Below, piece by piece: positions 1 to 36,610 of a DNA stretch of 64,000 nucleotides. The position numbers were made by a program, and so were the translations under genes. This DNA comes from Eimeria praecox (Eukaryota). The notes beneath the pieces are model-generated. The model made no database searches, had not been told where the DNA came from, and worked only from the letters and a program-made list of their open reading frames with translations. The stretch spans positions 930,001 through 994,000 of the forward strand of contig OY986950.1 of assembly GCA_963920595.1 (NCBI GenBank). Reading direction: 5' to 3'. How positions within the stretch are numbered: position 1 is the first letter of the stretch; each line of letters opens with the position of its first letter.

Positions 1-292
1 GTAGGAGGACTGGGAGCAGCAGCAAGAGGTAGAGAAAGAGGAGACAACCAAGAACTTGATGGTGTTTGATATCCTAATATATCATTATTCTCTCCTCGAT
101 TTATATATCTTCTATTGCTAGCATCAAGCAAACCTAAACCTAACAAACTGTTTGAGGAAGTAGCTAGCTGTGGAGGGTTAGCTGCAGCTAGCCACGATCC
201 CATAGAAAATAAATCTGTACTGTATGCTGCTGCTGTAGGAATGGAGGCGGCGAGCCCCCTAGAGGGACTCCAAGCACCATCTAACCCGTTGT

Positions 293-330
<38 letters not shown>

Positions 331-446
331 CTGTTGCTGCTGTTGCTGCTGCCATTCCAGGGAGAACCACCCACGAATATGCTGAGGAGACAGGAAAAAA
401 TTAAAATAATCGACAGAGAAACACGAAATACAGTATAAGAAGCCAT
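1..446 (-). CDS. 5' end of a putative secreted or membrane protein; ORF continues beyond the left edge of the window
   Basis: ATG at 446 (-) opens a stop-free frame to position 1: MASYTVFRVSLSIILIFSCLLSIFVGGSPWNGSS...GYQTPSSSWLSPLSLPLAAAPSPP. The N-terminus resembles a signal peptide. It is absent from the ORF track because there is no stop in the window. No family recognised. Confidence 0.6.
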
Positions 447-1884
447 GTTGAGGTGTATATACACCCGAAACAACGAACGCTATTATACGATGGTTGATGG
501 TATCTGCTGTTTCTATTCTTTTGCGATTTAAAAATTGATAGTATGTATAGAGATTAATATATAATTTATAAATATAAATTAGAATATAATTAAAAAATCA
601 AAGTTTTATACTCTTTATAGGATGGCATACAACCATACACAAGATTAGATTATATATATTTATAATCCTGGTGACCTTGGGGTGTATATGCAGCAGGCAC
701 ACCTCAAATCCTAACGATAGTAGAAAGCAGACAAATTATGGGACGATATTGGGATTTCGAGCCTTAAAAACAGTTAAATATAAAGAATAAATAACAAGAT
801 AATAAATAAACAAACAAACAAACAAACAAACAAACAAACAAATACAAATTTGATAGTGAGATTGCACCAGAAGAGCATGACAGGCGCCGGCGGTTGACTG
901 CTGCTGGGAGGGGAGGCGCCGGTGTTATGTTGGCTTGACAGAGCATCAATTGCTTGTTAAATAAATAGATATATATATTATTTTATTAAAATAATCTTAT
1001 TTACCATTAATATTAATACAATTAACGGTTATTTCAAAGTTTTTATCCTATTTATTAATACCCTACTCGCTTTCATGATTTTCAGGTGTACGTACACCTC
1101 AATGGTGACCACCGTCCTGCCGTCACCTGTCCGCCGGTAAAGGCATTTCTATTGATATTATATTTAATATTTTTGTGTTTTTAAATTGGTTTTTATATTT
1201 AAATGATATAAAATATCCTAAATGATACCCGTAACACCTCAGAAGATCTGTACAGACACATACATACATACATACTCATGGGTTCTGCTGTACCTGCAAA
1301 GAGATGAATATGGAGATAATACTTTCTTCTTCTTCATTAATTTAAAAATATTTTGTTTATTTATATTTATTTTATTTAAAATATATCAAATACAATTCTT
1401 TTGAGCCTCCTTAAACATCAAAATGCAGGCTGAGGGGGGAATCTCCAAACAATTAACAATTAGATAAGTCGTACACAGTTGCGTATACACCCTAAAACCC
1501 CGCTTTTCATTCTCTCTCTCTGTTGTGCTATCTCCTTCTCTTTCTTTTATAAGTGTTTCTATCAACTGACCCTCGAAGAAGGCGAGGGTTTAGGGTTATT
1601 CAGCCAGAGCGACAAAGCCATAGTTTAGGGTTTAGGGTTTAGGGTTTAGGGTTTAGGGTTTAGGGTTTAGGGTTTAGGGTTTAGGGTTTGGGCGTTTCTG
1701 TTATACAGAGAGCTAAAGATAAGAAATATCCATGTGAAATTGGCTGCCACATTTTATTGAGTTCCGCAGTGCTTAGAGTTTGGCCTTGAGGTTCTTGAAT
1801 CTAGGGTTTAGGGTTTAGGGTTTAGGGTTTAGGGTTTTTCAAGATCCCCCGTATAACAGCTAAATGTTTGGGTATTTTATATTG

Positions 1885-2005
<121 letters not shown>

Positions 2006-2667
2006 CAAAAGTTATTTTTTAATTTATTAAGGGGCCTCTTCGTATAAAATAAGTTGTGTATACACCTTATTAAGGTGTATATATATAAGTGCGGGAGAGC
2101 TGAGGTGTATATACACCTTAATGAGGTGTATATACACCTCAGCTAGCTGTAGCTAGCTGTAGCTAGCTATAGATAAGTACTGCTAGGTACAGAATACGAG
2201 GGGCCTCCTGCAGAAGAAAGAAATGATGACCCTTCGTCTTAGGGTTTAGGGTTTAGGGTTTAGGGTTTAGGGTTTAGGGTTTGTTTTAAGGTGTATATAC
2301 ACTTTAATTAAAATTAAATTTATCTCCAAATCATTTATTAACTTAAGTTCAGGTGTCTGTACACCTGAGAAGCCCTCAGCTAGTAAAGATGCATATACTA
2401 CAAATTAAAATATTTTATATTTTCTTCTGTTTAAACAATGTTAACTTTGTGTTTACTCCAAGACGCTGTTGCTGATACTCTGCTGCTGCTGTTCTGCTGC
2501 TGCTGCTGCTGCTGCTGCTGTTCTGCTGCTGCTGCTGCTGCTGTTCTGCTGCTGCTGCTGCTGTTTTGCTGTTGCTGCAGCTGTTCTGGTTGTGCTGCTC
2601 TTCCGCTGGTGCTCTTCTTCTTCTTCTTCTTCTTCTTCTTCTTCTGCTGCTGCTGCTGCTGCTGCTA

Positions 2668-2701
<34 letters not shown>

Positions 2702-3021
2702 AGCGCCCCAGCCCGTATGCGTCCCCTCACATCCAACTTCTTTTTAAATTTATCTTCTTTGATAATACAAAACGGTATAAGCATGCATAGAAACAGGGTT
2801 GTGGGGCAGCAGCAGCAGCAGCAGCAGCAGCAGCTGTTGCTGCTGCTGTTGCTGCAGCAGCAACAGCTGCTGCAAGACACCCCCTTAGAAACAGATTATT
2901 TGTCTCCTCCTTTTATATTTATCTCAGGTGTTGTTAGGTACAAAGGAGAGAAAGAAAGAATGCTAGAGAGACAGGTTCTGTTCTATGAGGCAGAGGGTGC
3001 TCACAGTTGAAGAGCAGCAGC

Positions 3022-3064
<43 letters not shown>

Positions 3065-3086
3065 GTAATAATAATAATAGTAATAG

Positions 3087-3119
<33 letters not shown>

Positions 3120-3852
3120 TAATAGTTATAAGATAGAAAAGAAGACAAAGAGGTTAGGTATAATAGATACAAATCTCAGGTGTACAGACACTCCAGATGG
3201 ACGATATGAAATATAATGTTGAAAATTCAAATCAACATTCGTTTAATTAATTTAAAAATAAAATAAAAACAGAAAATATTATAGAAGAAGTAGTTGTTGA
3301 CTTTGCTGAGGTGTACATACACCGCAGGTGGTTGCTGCTAATAGCGAATTCGTATTTCTATCCTTCTTTTGATTTAATAAAAGAATATATTGAATTAAAA
3401 ATTATATTGAATTTAATTATTTAAATATATATATTTATCAATTTTAAAACATAATTTGAATAGATTAGAAAATAAATATAGAAGGGGGCCCCGCAAGAGG
3501 GGGCCCCCATAGGAGCGGCAGCTGCTGCTCCTTGAAGTCTTCGTGTTGTTTTTGTATGATATTTTTTCTATTTTTTTATTTTAAAGTAAATAAAATATTA
3601 AATATAATTTATTTCGAATATATTTAGAAAAAAATACATCTGAAGAGGGTTTATAGGGGGTTTCAACATCGGAGGTGTATATACACCTCAGCTGCTCGTT
3701 CACTCCTACACTACACAGGCAATCGTTTTCTTTATTTAATTATGTTTGTGTATTTAAATTGAAGCAAATTAAATATATTATATATTTATATTCATAAAAT
3801 ATATATATTTCTTCTTTATATAATAAAAAAACAACAAAATCAAACATCCAAC

Positions 3853-13730
<9,878 letters not shown>

Positions 13731-13760
13731 ATAAATAGATAAATAGATAAATAGATAAAT

Positions 13761-14330
13761 AGCTAGCTAGCTAGCTAGCTATATAGGTAGCTAGCTAGCT
13801 AGCTAGCTAGCTAAGTAGCTACCTAGCTAGGTGGCTAGCTATATATATATAGGTAGCTAGCTAGCTGGCAGTCTAATGGGCTAGCTAGCTGGCAATGTAA
13901 TAGGCTAGCTAGCTGGAAGGGTTGCTACCTAGCTAGCCAGCTAGTATGAGCCTATGTTGTTTGGTAGCATGCTAGCTAGCTGGCTGGCTAGCTAGCTGGC
14001 TAGCTAGCTATCTGGGTAGCTAGCTCCGTGAGCATCCACGCTGTTTCGCAGGATAGTAGCTAGCTAGCTATGTAGCTAGCTAGCTAAGTAGCTAGCTAGC
14101 TATGCAGCTAGCTAGCTAAGTAGCCAGCTAGCTACGTAGCTAGCTGGCTGTGTAGCTAGGTTGCTGGCTAGCTAGCTAGCTAGGCAGATAAAGCGAACCA
14201 CCCTACATCACTCTCGATTTCAACGGGCAGCCTTCTCCCGAGGATGCGGCTAGCTAGCTAGCTGGCTAGCTAGCTAGCTAGCTAGCTGGCTAGCTAGCTA
14301 GCTAGCTAGCTAGCTGAGTAGCTAGCTAGC
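13761..14330. repeat. (TAGC)n/(AGCT)n self-complementary microsatellite field; similar fields at about 10517-10922, 12655-12900, 25260-25450, 27716-28003, 28515-28730
   Basis: Direct reading of the sequence. Confidence 0.95.
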
Positions 14331-14611
14331 CACCTCCTGTTGGCTAGCTGACCCTCAGCCACTGCATCTGCTAAGATGACTCGGCGGCCTTCGAACTAGC
14401 TGCGGCGAATGCCTCTCCTTTTTTAGGGTTTAGGGTTTAGGGTTTAGGGTTTAAGGTTTAGGGTTTAGGTTGAAGGGTTTAGGGTTTGTGGGTTGCTCGG
14501 ATTCTGTTCAGCTCTATGGTTGCATCCTAAACAGCTAGCTAGACAGTTAGCTAGCTGAGTAGCTAGCCAGCTAGCTAGATAGGTAGATAGATAGATAGAT
14601 AGATAGAGATA

Positions 14612-14648
<37 letters not shown>

Positions 14649-15028
14649 GATAACCAGGGTTGTTGTGTAGGCTTCAGGTGTATGCATAAGAGGATATGAA
14701 CGGGGCTTGGTTGCGGTGTATCTGCAGCTGAAGATGTCTTTGTCTACTATCTATTCTCTCGTTTGTTTTTAATTATTTTGTTTGTTTTTTATTATATCGT
14801 ATTTGTTTATAAACTGTTATTATGTTCTTTTCTATTTTTGCTTCGTTCTTTAACTCGTTTTATTATTTTATTATTATTTTATTTTATTTTATTATTATTT
14901 TATTTTATTTTATTTTATTTTATTTTTATTTTATTTTTGCTCCCTCATTTTGGTTTTCCTGTTTATTTCTTTGAAATCCGAAATGATGGATACTTAGGTG
15001 TAGCTACTGCATGCACAGACTGAGTTGC

Positions 15029-15060
<32 letters not shown>

Positions 15061-15705
15061 TTGCTGCTGCTGTTGCTGCTGCTCTTGCTGCTGCTGTTGC
15101 TGCTGCTGCTCTTGCTGCTGCTGTTGCTGCTAGGAGGGAGAGGATGGTTTATCTGTTGCTGCATGCAGAGGAGTATCTGTATACGTTTGTGTGTTTCTTT
15201 TATATTTTTTTTATTATTCTACTTTATTTTATTATTATTATATTAAATGTTAGTAATTTTTCTTCTATTCGAAGGAGAAATAGCAAACAACTCGGAGGGT
15301 CTGCTGGAGACGATCCCGTGTGCTCTGTCGGTGCTCTCATACAGGAGTATATCTTGGTTGAAAGGGAGGAAAAAAGCAGAAAACAAGGGAAATAACAATA
15401 AATTAAAATGTATAAAATAATTTAATAAATGTATTTTATTATTTAAGAAAGAATAACAAGGAGAGAGACGCACAGAAAGTGAGACAGAGAAGAAATTAGA
15501 ATAGAAACAAACCCGTCGCCTCCGAGCACACACACTACTTTGTTGTGTGTGTATTATTGGAGTATTTTTATAAATGTAATGTATTAAATAATATATTTAA
15601 ATTGTAATAAATATTATTTTCTTAAAAAGTTTCTTTTTTTTGAGGATTTCAACAAAGAAGTTGCATGTTTGTGATATGTCGCGTTCACGGTGTGTCAGGG
15701 GTGCC

Positions 15706-15749
<44 letters not shown>

Positions 15750-16142
15750 TTTATTTTTTGTGTATTTAAACCATTTTAAAATACATTATTGTTGAAATAA
15801 ATAAATAAAAGTAAATTAAAAGGGTTTAAATGCAATTAAATATGGGATTTCAAAGAAGAAGAAACGGAGAGAAGATGCTGTCTGTCTATAACGAGCGACG
15901 TCGCCAGCGCCAGCAATCGTGTCGAAGTCGCTGTTCGCTGTTTGATATGAAAGCGTTCATCTCTCCTTCTAATTGTTGTGTTTGTAGTAAATGAGGTATT
16001 AAAATGAAGTAAATTGTATTTCACACTTCAATCTTTGCTCTGTTCTCTTCTATTTATCTGCTTTCCTTTCGCTTTCCTTCATTACAACTTTTTTTTCGGT
16101 TTTTGTACGGTGTACGTACACCCGAAATTTTCATATTCGAAA

Positions 16143-17802
16143 ATGGCAAGCACTTCTCAGACTCCTGCTACTTATACCAGCCAAACAAACTGGCTTTCTT
16201 CTCCTCAACAACAGAGGGTATTTCAACAAACAACTGTAGGAGCAGTTAGTGAGATCCCTCAGAGTTTCCTTGTTATGCTCACACCTACTCTCACGCGCGA
16301 GCTCGTTCTTAACGGCCATACCGTATACTTTCAGAGAGGATTCGCACAACGCGCAGGTTTTACTGATGATGAATATACAAAAGCAGGGGCTCAGCTGTGT
16401 CATACAGCTGAAGAAGTCTACAATAACAGCACCATTATCTTGAAGGTAGGAAGATATATACTTAGCTTACTATACACCTCAAATATATTATGTATATATA
16501 TATATATATATATATGCAGATCATTTAAATATAAATATATATATGTATATATTTATATATACATATATATATATAGATATATAATTATATTTAATGTTTC
16601 GTATTCTTCGTATATCTATACTATAATATATTTTTATATATGTATATATATGTTTATTTCCGGTGTATGTTCAGGTCAACCCTCCACAGGAGCAGGAGTA
16701 TTCTTATATTCGCCCTCAGCAGGTCATATTCTGTTTTATGAATGCGCCCGTAACAAAGGAAGAGCAGCAACAGCAGCAAAGATTTTTGCAGGTACTACAC
16801 AATCTTCAAGCAACATTAATATCTTATTCTTCTCTCCAAAGTTCTACAACTACTTCTTCTTCTTCTTCTTCTGCTTTTACTCCTGTTCATCATGCCTCAA
16901 CCGAGATCATGGGGTATTTAGCTATACAACAAACAATGCAAATGATGATGGAGAAGAGAGGAGTTTTGTTTGGTAATTTGACAGGATCTACAGGCAGCAA
17001 TGTTTTAATTATTGGGTGTACACCCTGCGGTGTACGTGCAGCTATGTTAGCAGCAGCACAAGGAGCCCGAGTAACTGTTATGGATGTTGATATGGAAGCA
17101 TTATCGAACTTGAACAGCAGCATCAGCAGCAGCAACAGCAGCAGCAGCAGCGGTTTATTTAATGTGTATACAATGCCATATACAACAACAAATCTAGAAA
17201 ACATTCTTCCTACTGTAGATGTTTTATTATGTTGTGTTATTCCTAACACATCAAGGGCCCCAGTTCTTATTAATGAGAGACAGATGGGGTTATTAAGAGA
17301 GAATACAATTGTTGTAGATTTAGCTGCATGCAGAGGAGGGAATCTGTCTATAACAGCAACAAATACAACAACAAATACAACAACAACTACTACAACAACT
17401 ACTACTACTAACAATATGAACAACACATACACCTGGAGAAACAATATTATGGTGTATGGCCCCACCAATATAACTGCTCTTGCTCCTTATACAACATCAA
17501 ATACAATTGCAAATGCTGCTCTTCCTTTCATTCTACGTGTAGCTAACAAAGGATGGAGATGTGCTGTATTAGAATTTGAGGGACTACAAGACGCATTGTT
17601 TGTTGCTGCAGGTTTCTTTACAAATAATTATATTGCTTCTATTCATAACTGTCTATACACCCCAGTTGAACAAGTATTAGAAAATGATATACAACAAATC
17701 TCAAACCAACAAAATAATAAAAATAATCTCGAACAACTTAAACAACAACTTAATACTTTCCGTACACAACAACAAACAAACACATTCACTGTTCAAGCTT
17801 AA
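16143..17802 (+). CDS. Alanine dehydrogenase-like protein (AlaDh/PNT family), probably catalytically degenerate; 2 exons
   Basis: Exon 1 16143-16445 (AAG|gtagga) and exon 2 16675-17802 (tcag|GTC). LTPTLTRELVLNGHTVYFQRGFAQRAGFTDDEYTKAGAQL..AEEVY..IILKV matches the AlaDh N-domain. RGVLFG, NVLIIG, GARVTVMD, DVLL..VIP..RAPVLI, VVDLA..GGN and LPFILRVANKGW match the NAD-binding and C-terminal parts. Confidence 0.85.
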
Positions 17803-19721
17803 AACCATATCTACATCCTGTATTCCTCTCCTTTGCATGCATGCATCCTAGTAAGCCATTTATATATATATATAATATATAATATATAAATATATATATA
17901 TAGGTGGCTTTCTTTAAGCATAGTGCGCTGCACTGTATGTACACCTCATTATTTCTTTCCTAAAAACCATATTTTCTGCTAATATGCAGCCTTAAGATTT
18001 TTCCAAACAATTACAAAGTTGTTCGAACATTTTATTAGCTGGGGTGTATGTACACCCTAAAACTAACAAGCTTAGCTTAGCATCAGTTCTTGTAGTAGAC
18101 AGACTTCGAATATATAAATATATTTAGATTTTCTTATTCATATTCTCTTAGTTAGATTTTCTTATTCAGATTTTTTTCTTAGTTTCTCTTCTTCTTTATT
18201 TTGATAGACTTTCGTATACAACAGATATTCTCTTAGATTTTAGATTCATAGAAATATCGCTACAGGTATCTCTCTCTGTTCAAATAGTAAAAATAAAATC
18301 TCTCTACACAACAAAAACAGAAAAATATATTTAAATATTTTTTTAAAAATTTATTTACAGATTTGCTATTTCTACGGTTTCCGCAATTTCGCTTCATTTC
18401 CATCGAAAATATGAAAAACAAGAAAAATATGAAACTACGGAAATACAGCTATTATATATACACAGACAAAGTTTATTAGATTAAACAAAGTTTATTATAT
18501 TAAACAAAGTTAATTATATTAAATAAAGTTTATTATATTAACAACAAACAAAGTTTATTTATTTATAGTTGTTGAGTGATGATGATCAGATACAATACCT
18601 GATCCTACTCTAAATGTTTCTTCTTAAGAGGCGATAGATTAGTGAAGAAGGGCGAATTAAAATATTATTTTCTTAGTATTTATTAAAGAAGATATATTTA
18701 AAATGCTACAATTCCCATAATTTATCACATTTAAACTTCTCTTTCTCTCTTGCAATTGTTAAGAAACCGATGGCATTCATGTTTTTCGGGTGTATGTACA
18801 GCTTTGGACCGAAGGAAACATGAAGGCGACTACTTGTTCTTCTTCGTGTATTTGAGGCATTTCTTTCATGAATACGCCACAATTATACGCATTTAAACCT
18901 CTAAAATGCATTTAAATAAAGATATTATGGCAATTATTCTAAAGAAAACCTTCTCGATCCCTCATTCTTTCCTAATATCTACTTTCATAGCCCCCAGCCC
19001 CAGCTCCTACAAAGTGGCTTTCAGGGTATTCATATTTGGGTTGCATTCTTCGATCTTCTGTAGAAGATCTTTTCAACAAATTTATTTTTTAATTTTAATT
19101 TATATTTCGTATTTATTATTTTCGCTTTACACATTATTGCCTGATGATGCCTGACATACATCCTCTCAGTGAGACCGCACGACTTGTGTAGAATCTGAAT
19201 ACAATCCTTAGTGCCTCGTTCTTCTTTATTTTTCTACGTTTTTTCTATCTTTTTCCTCTATATTTGCAAATTTTTCTTATTTTATGGCTGCCTATTAATG
19301 ATTTAGAAGTATATAATACACAACACCTTCCTAGCAGCTCACACCGGTGGTCTTCTCCTCAACAGCAAACATACAAAGAGCAGCAGAGCTGTCTCACTTC
19401 GCCGCATGAACTAATAACGACAACTCAGCAAGTTGAAGACGAATGCGTGCAACAGCAATAGCAGCAGCAGCAGCAGCAGCGGCAGCAGCAGCAGCAACAG
19501 AAGTAGCAGCAGAAGTAGCAGCAACAGCAGCAGTAGCAGCAGCAGCAGCAGCAACAGAATGAAGGGACAACTCTTTCGTTGAATCAACTGCTCCCTCTGC
19601 ATCCAGAGGTGCTGCTGAACAGTAGCAACACCTGCAGCAGCAATTGCAGCAGCAGCAATTGCAGCAGCAGCAGCAGCAGCAGCACAATTAATTGTTTAAT
19701 ATTTTCTTATATCTAATTATC

Positions 19722-27427
<7,706 letters not shown>

Positions 27428-27453
27428 AGATAACAGCAGCAACAGCAGCAGCA

Positions 27454-27484
<31 letters not shown>

Positions 27485-28867
27485 CAGCAGCAGCAGCAAC
27501 AGCAACAGCAGCAGCAGCAGCAACAGCAACAGCAGCAGCAGCAACAGCAGCAGCAACAGCAGCAGCAGCAACAGCAGCAGCAACAGCAGCAGTTCAGGAT
27601 GCGCCATACTGTGAATAGTTTTGTAGATTAGCGAAATAATAAAAAATAAGAGAAGACAAAAAAACAAAACATAGCGTCAAATATATTTTAATTAAATACC
27701 TACATGCGCTGTTGCAGCTAGCTAGCTAGCTAGCTAGCTAGCCAGTTAGCTAGCTACTTAACTAGCTAGCCAGCTAGCTAGTTAGCTAGGAATAGCTAGC
27801 TAGCTAGCTAACACTAGCTAGCTAGCTAGCTAGCTGCGGATACTTTGCTTGCTAGCTAACTCGCAATATCTGTCTGGTTGCAGCAGCTAGCTAGCTAGCT
27901 AGCTAGCTAGCTGTTGTAGCTCGCTGGGAAGATTTAACTGGCTGACTAGCTGAGCAGCTAGCTAGCTAGCTAGTTAGTTAGCTAGCTAGCTAGCTAGCTA
28001 GCTACGTTTCTTTTTAGTATGTGCATGCAGTAAGGAGAGGCTTGTATAACGCGAAACAGCAGCAGCTGCAGCAGCAGCAGCAGCAGCAAAGACAGCCGCA
28101 GCAGCAATGGCGGGAGTAGCAGCAACAGCAGTAGCAACACTAGCTCTAGCAGCAGCTGTAGCAGCAACAGCAACAGCGGCACTAGCAGCAATAGCTCCAG
28201 TGGCAGCAGCAGCAGCTCTAGCAGCAGCAGCAGCAGCTCTAGCAGCAGCAGCAGCAGAACTAGCAGCAGCAGCAGCTCTAGCAGCAGCAGCAGCAGCACT
28301 AGCAGCAGCAGCAGGAGCTCTACCAGCAGCAGCAGCAGCTCTAGCAGCAGCAGCAGCAGCAGCAGCAGGAGGAGGTAGAAAATAGTGTAGGTAGCAACCC
28401 CACCGATAACAACACTTTGAAGTTCGGATAAGTAATACGGGCGCCCACAGAACAAACATTCCTCTGCCCTTCTCTTTCAACACCCTACGAGAGTCTCACG
28501 GTCTCAATCAGCCCTAGCTAGCTAGCTAGCTAGACAGCTAGCTAGCTAGCTAGACAGCTAGCTAGCTAGCTAGCTAGATAGGTAGCTAGCTAGACAGCTA
28601 GCTAGCTAGCTAGACAGCTAGCTAACTAGTTAGTTTGACAGCTAGCTAGCTAGTCAGCTAGATAGGTAGCCACTCAGGCAGCTAGCTAGCTAGCTAGCTA
28701 GCTGGCTAGCTGGCTAGCTAGCTAGCTAGCCACACTTAACGTGTACACCTGCTAGAGAGTGAAGGGCCCCCTCTTCAACAGCGAAGACAGCCGCCCAGAC
28801 ACTTAACAGCAAATAACAACTAATTTTCAAAGCAGCTGCTGCTGCAGCACTGCCGCGCATGTATGAA

Positions 28868-29320
28868 GGGGGCCCCCCTCAGTACCCTAAGGGGCCCCCG
28901 GAAGTACCCTATGGGGGCCCCCCTCAGTACCCTAGGGCTTCCCTGCCCCCACCCACCCAAGTACCTTAAGGGGCCCCCCTAAGTACCCTAGGGTTACCCT
29001 GAGGGGCCCCCCTCCCAAGTACCCTAGGGGCCCCTCTAATTACCCTAAGGGCCCCCAGTAAGTACCCTAAGGGGGCCCCCCCAAGTACCTTGGGGGGCCC
29101 CCCTGAGGCTCCTTAAGGGGCCTCTAGATGGCGTGAAATCTAACAAGTATCATAGGGGGCCCCCTCCTTCTTTAAGACCTTGGGGGGGAGGGGCGGGTGG
29201 GGGGGCCTTACAGGCAATCCTGGGGGGTGGGGGGGGGCCCCCGTACCCTGGGGCCCCCCGTACCGTGGGGGCCCCCGTACCCTGGGGGGCCCCGTACCCT
29301 GGGGGCCCCCCCACCCTCAG
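28868..29320. repeat. Degenerate minisatellite of GGGGCCCC palindromes with GTACCCT spacers; related arrays at about 49350-49730 and 56050-56250
   Basis: Direct reading; units of about 20-24 bp. Confidence 0.85.
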
Positions 29321-29545
29321 GATTGCCTGTATGAATTTGGTTACAGGCTAAGATGTATATTAATAAAGACAAGATGTGACAAACGACGAGAGAGATGAAA
29401 GCCAACAGAACAAACAGAAGAAGACATACAAAGATATGTCTTTTAATATATATATATATATAATATATAATATATCATATATAATATATATAATATATAT
29501 TATATATTATATATATTTTATACAGGTAATATATAATCTACAACT

Positions 29546-29597
<52 letters not shown>

Positions 29598-29638
29598 TAT
29601 ACACCCGCGAAGAGCTGCATATACACCCCAACTTGTGT

Positions 29639-34823
<5,185 letters not shown>

Positions 34824-34970
34824 CTTGTAGGATAAGCCTGTCTTCTGTCTTAAACAGCAGCAGCAGCAGCCGCAGCAGCAGCAGCAGCAGCAATTGTCTG
34901 GAAGTCAAAGACGCTGCAGCAACGAAGAAAGAAGAAAAAGAAGAAAAAAACCTTAACACAGAAAGCAGCA

Positions 34971-35002
<32 letters not shown>

Positions 35003-35309
35003 GGCGCCACCACAATAAAGAGGATTTGTAAGGAGAAGGTTCAATGACAAGTATAATGTTTTCGGTTTAAATAGCAGCAAATAACTGCTGCTGCTGTAAT
35101 AGAGAGAGAAAGAGAGAAAGAGAGAAAGAGAGAAAGAGAGAGAAGAAATAAAAAAAGAAGAAAGGGACGATGAGAGAGAGATAATAAATGCTGAGACTAC
35201 GCCTCAAATGCTGCAGCTAATAATTCTGTAGTCGCACAGGAAAGAGAAGGATGAGATTAAAATGCAGATCTTATCTTCAAAAACCATCGAGTGTATATAC
35301 AAGTCGAGT

Positions 35310-35340
<31 letters not shown>

Positions 35341-35709
35341 GCAGCAGCAGCAGCAGCAGCAGCAGCGGCAGCAACGGCTGGTAGGGTCTAATGTAGGTAG
35401 AAGCAACAGCAATTAATAGGTCTTGTTGTATCCCTCAAAGCAATGAAAAGAACAAGAAAAGAATAGATAAAAACATAAACAAAAGAAAAAGAAGAAGATA
35501 AAAATAAAATCATACAAACTTCGTTCTGATGTTTGTAGTGTACGTACACTCCAACAAGCTTGCAGCCGAGTTGTTTGTTTTGGTGTTCTTCTCAAAAGTG
35601 GCATTCAATGCCGCTTTTGAATTAATTATATATAAAATAAAAGAGAAAAAAACAATAAATAAATAATAAGAGAAAAGAAGAAGCATCAACAGCAAACAAT
35701 TTTCTACAG

Positions 35710-35752
<43 letters not shown>

Positions 35753-36476
35753 ACCATCAAATATAATACAAAACAGCTTTATAGCAACAGCAACATCAAT
35801 TTCGACGCGATGAGGTTTAGAATGAATCTATTTAAGTAAAAAATAATCTTTAAATAATTTATTTTCTATCTATCTAAACATATTTCATAAAATAAAAACA
35901 AAATAAACAAAAAACACACATAAATCCTGCTGCTGCTGTATATACACCAGGGGCCCTAGCCGCTACAGCTGCAGCAGCTCTTTGAGGAAGCGGCGTAGAT
36001 ATTCTTTGTTTTTTCTGCTTATAAAACAATAAATTTATTTATTTTATTTATAATTTTGTTTTTTTTAAACAAATATATATTTATATTTTATTTATATTGC
36101 CTTTTTTGGCTCTCTCCACATCCCGCCACACCTCTCAATAATATATCTACACATCATACTCTCGCTCTCTCTCTTTTTACATTGCTTTTTATTTATTTAT
36201 TCAAATAATTTTTATTTATTTAAATTTATTTTTTATTTATATTAATAATAATCTAGTTATTTTGATGTTCTCTACTCTTATTTAGTGCCTTCGCCGTACT
36301 CGCTCATCCTACACCCGCAGCATTATAAAAACCCTAAACCCTAAACCCTAAACCCTAAACCCTAAACCCTAGAAGAAGATGTTTGGTTTGTTTGAGGTGT
36401 TGGTCTTGCCTTGCATGCATTGGGGCTTTTGTGTTTATCTTAATCCTTAGTAGAACATAAAAATAAATAAATATAA

Positions 36477-36610
<134 letters not shown>

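Noticed and set aside
115..438. Plus-strand 107-aa ORF with poly-Leu
   Set aside because: It is the antisense shadow of the minus-strand signal-peptide ORF and has a non-ATG start.
2438..3172. Several overlapping poly-C/L/A/Q/Y ORFs
   Set aside because: These are translations of CTG, TTC and AAT microsatellites, and I could not build a coherent spliced gene.
16890..17468. 192-aa antisense ORF over the AlaDH-like exon 2
   Set aside because: It is a codon-register shadow with a non-ATG start and no independent evidence.
28107..28385. Periodic Ala/Leu 92-aa ORF resembling an antifreeze or coiled-coil peptide
   Set aside because: It is a CAG tract interrupted by CTA units between (TAGC)n fields, is open in several frames and has no non-repeat coding content.
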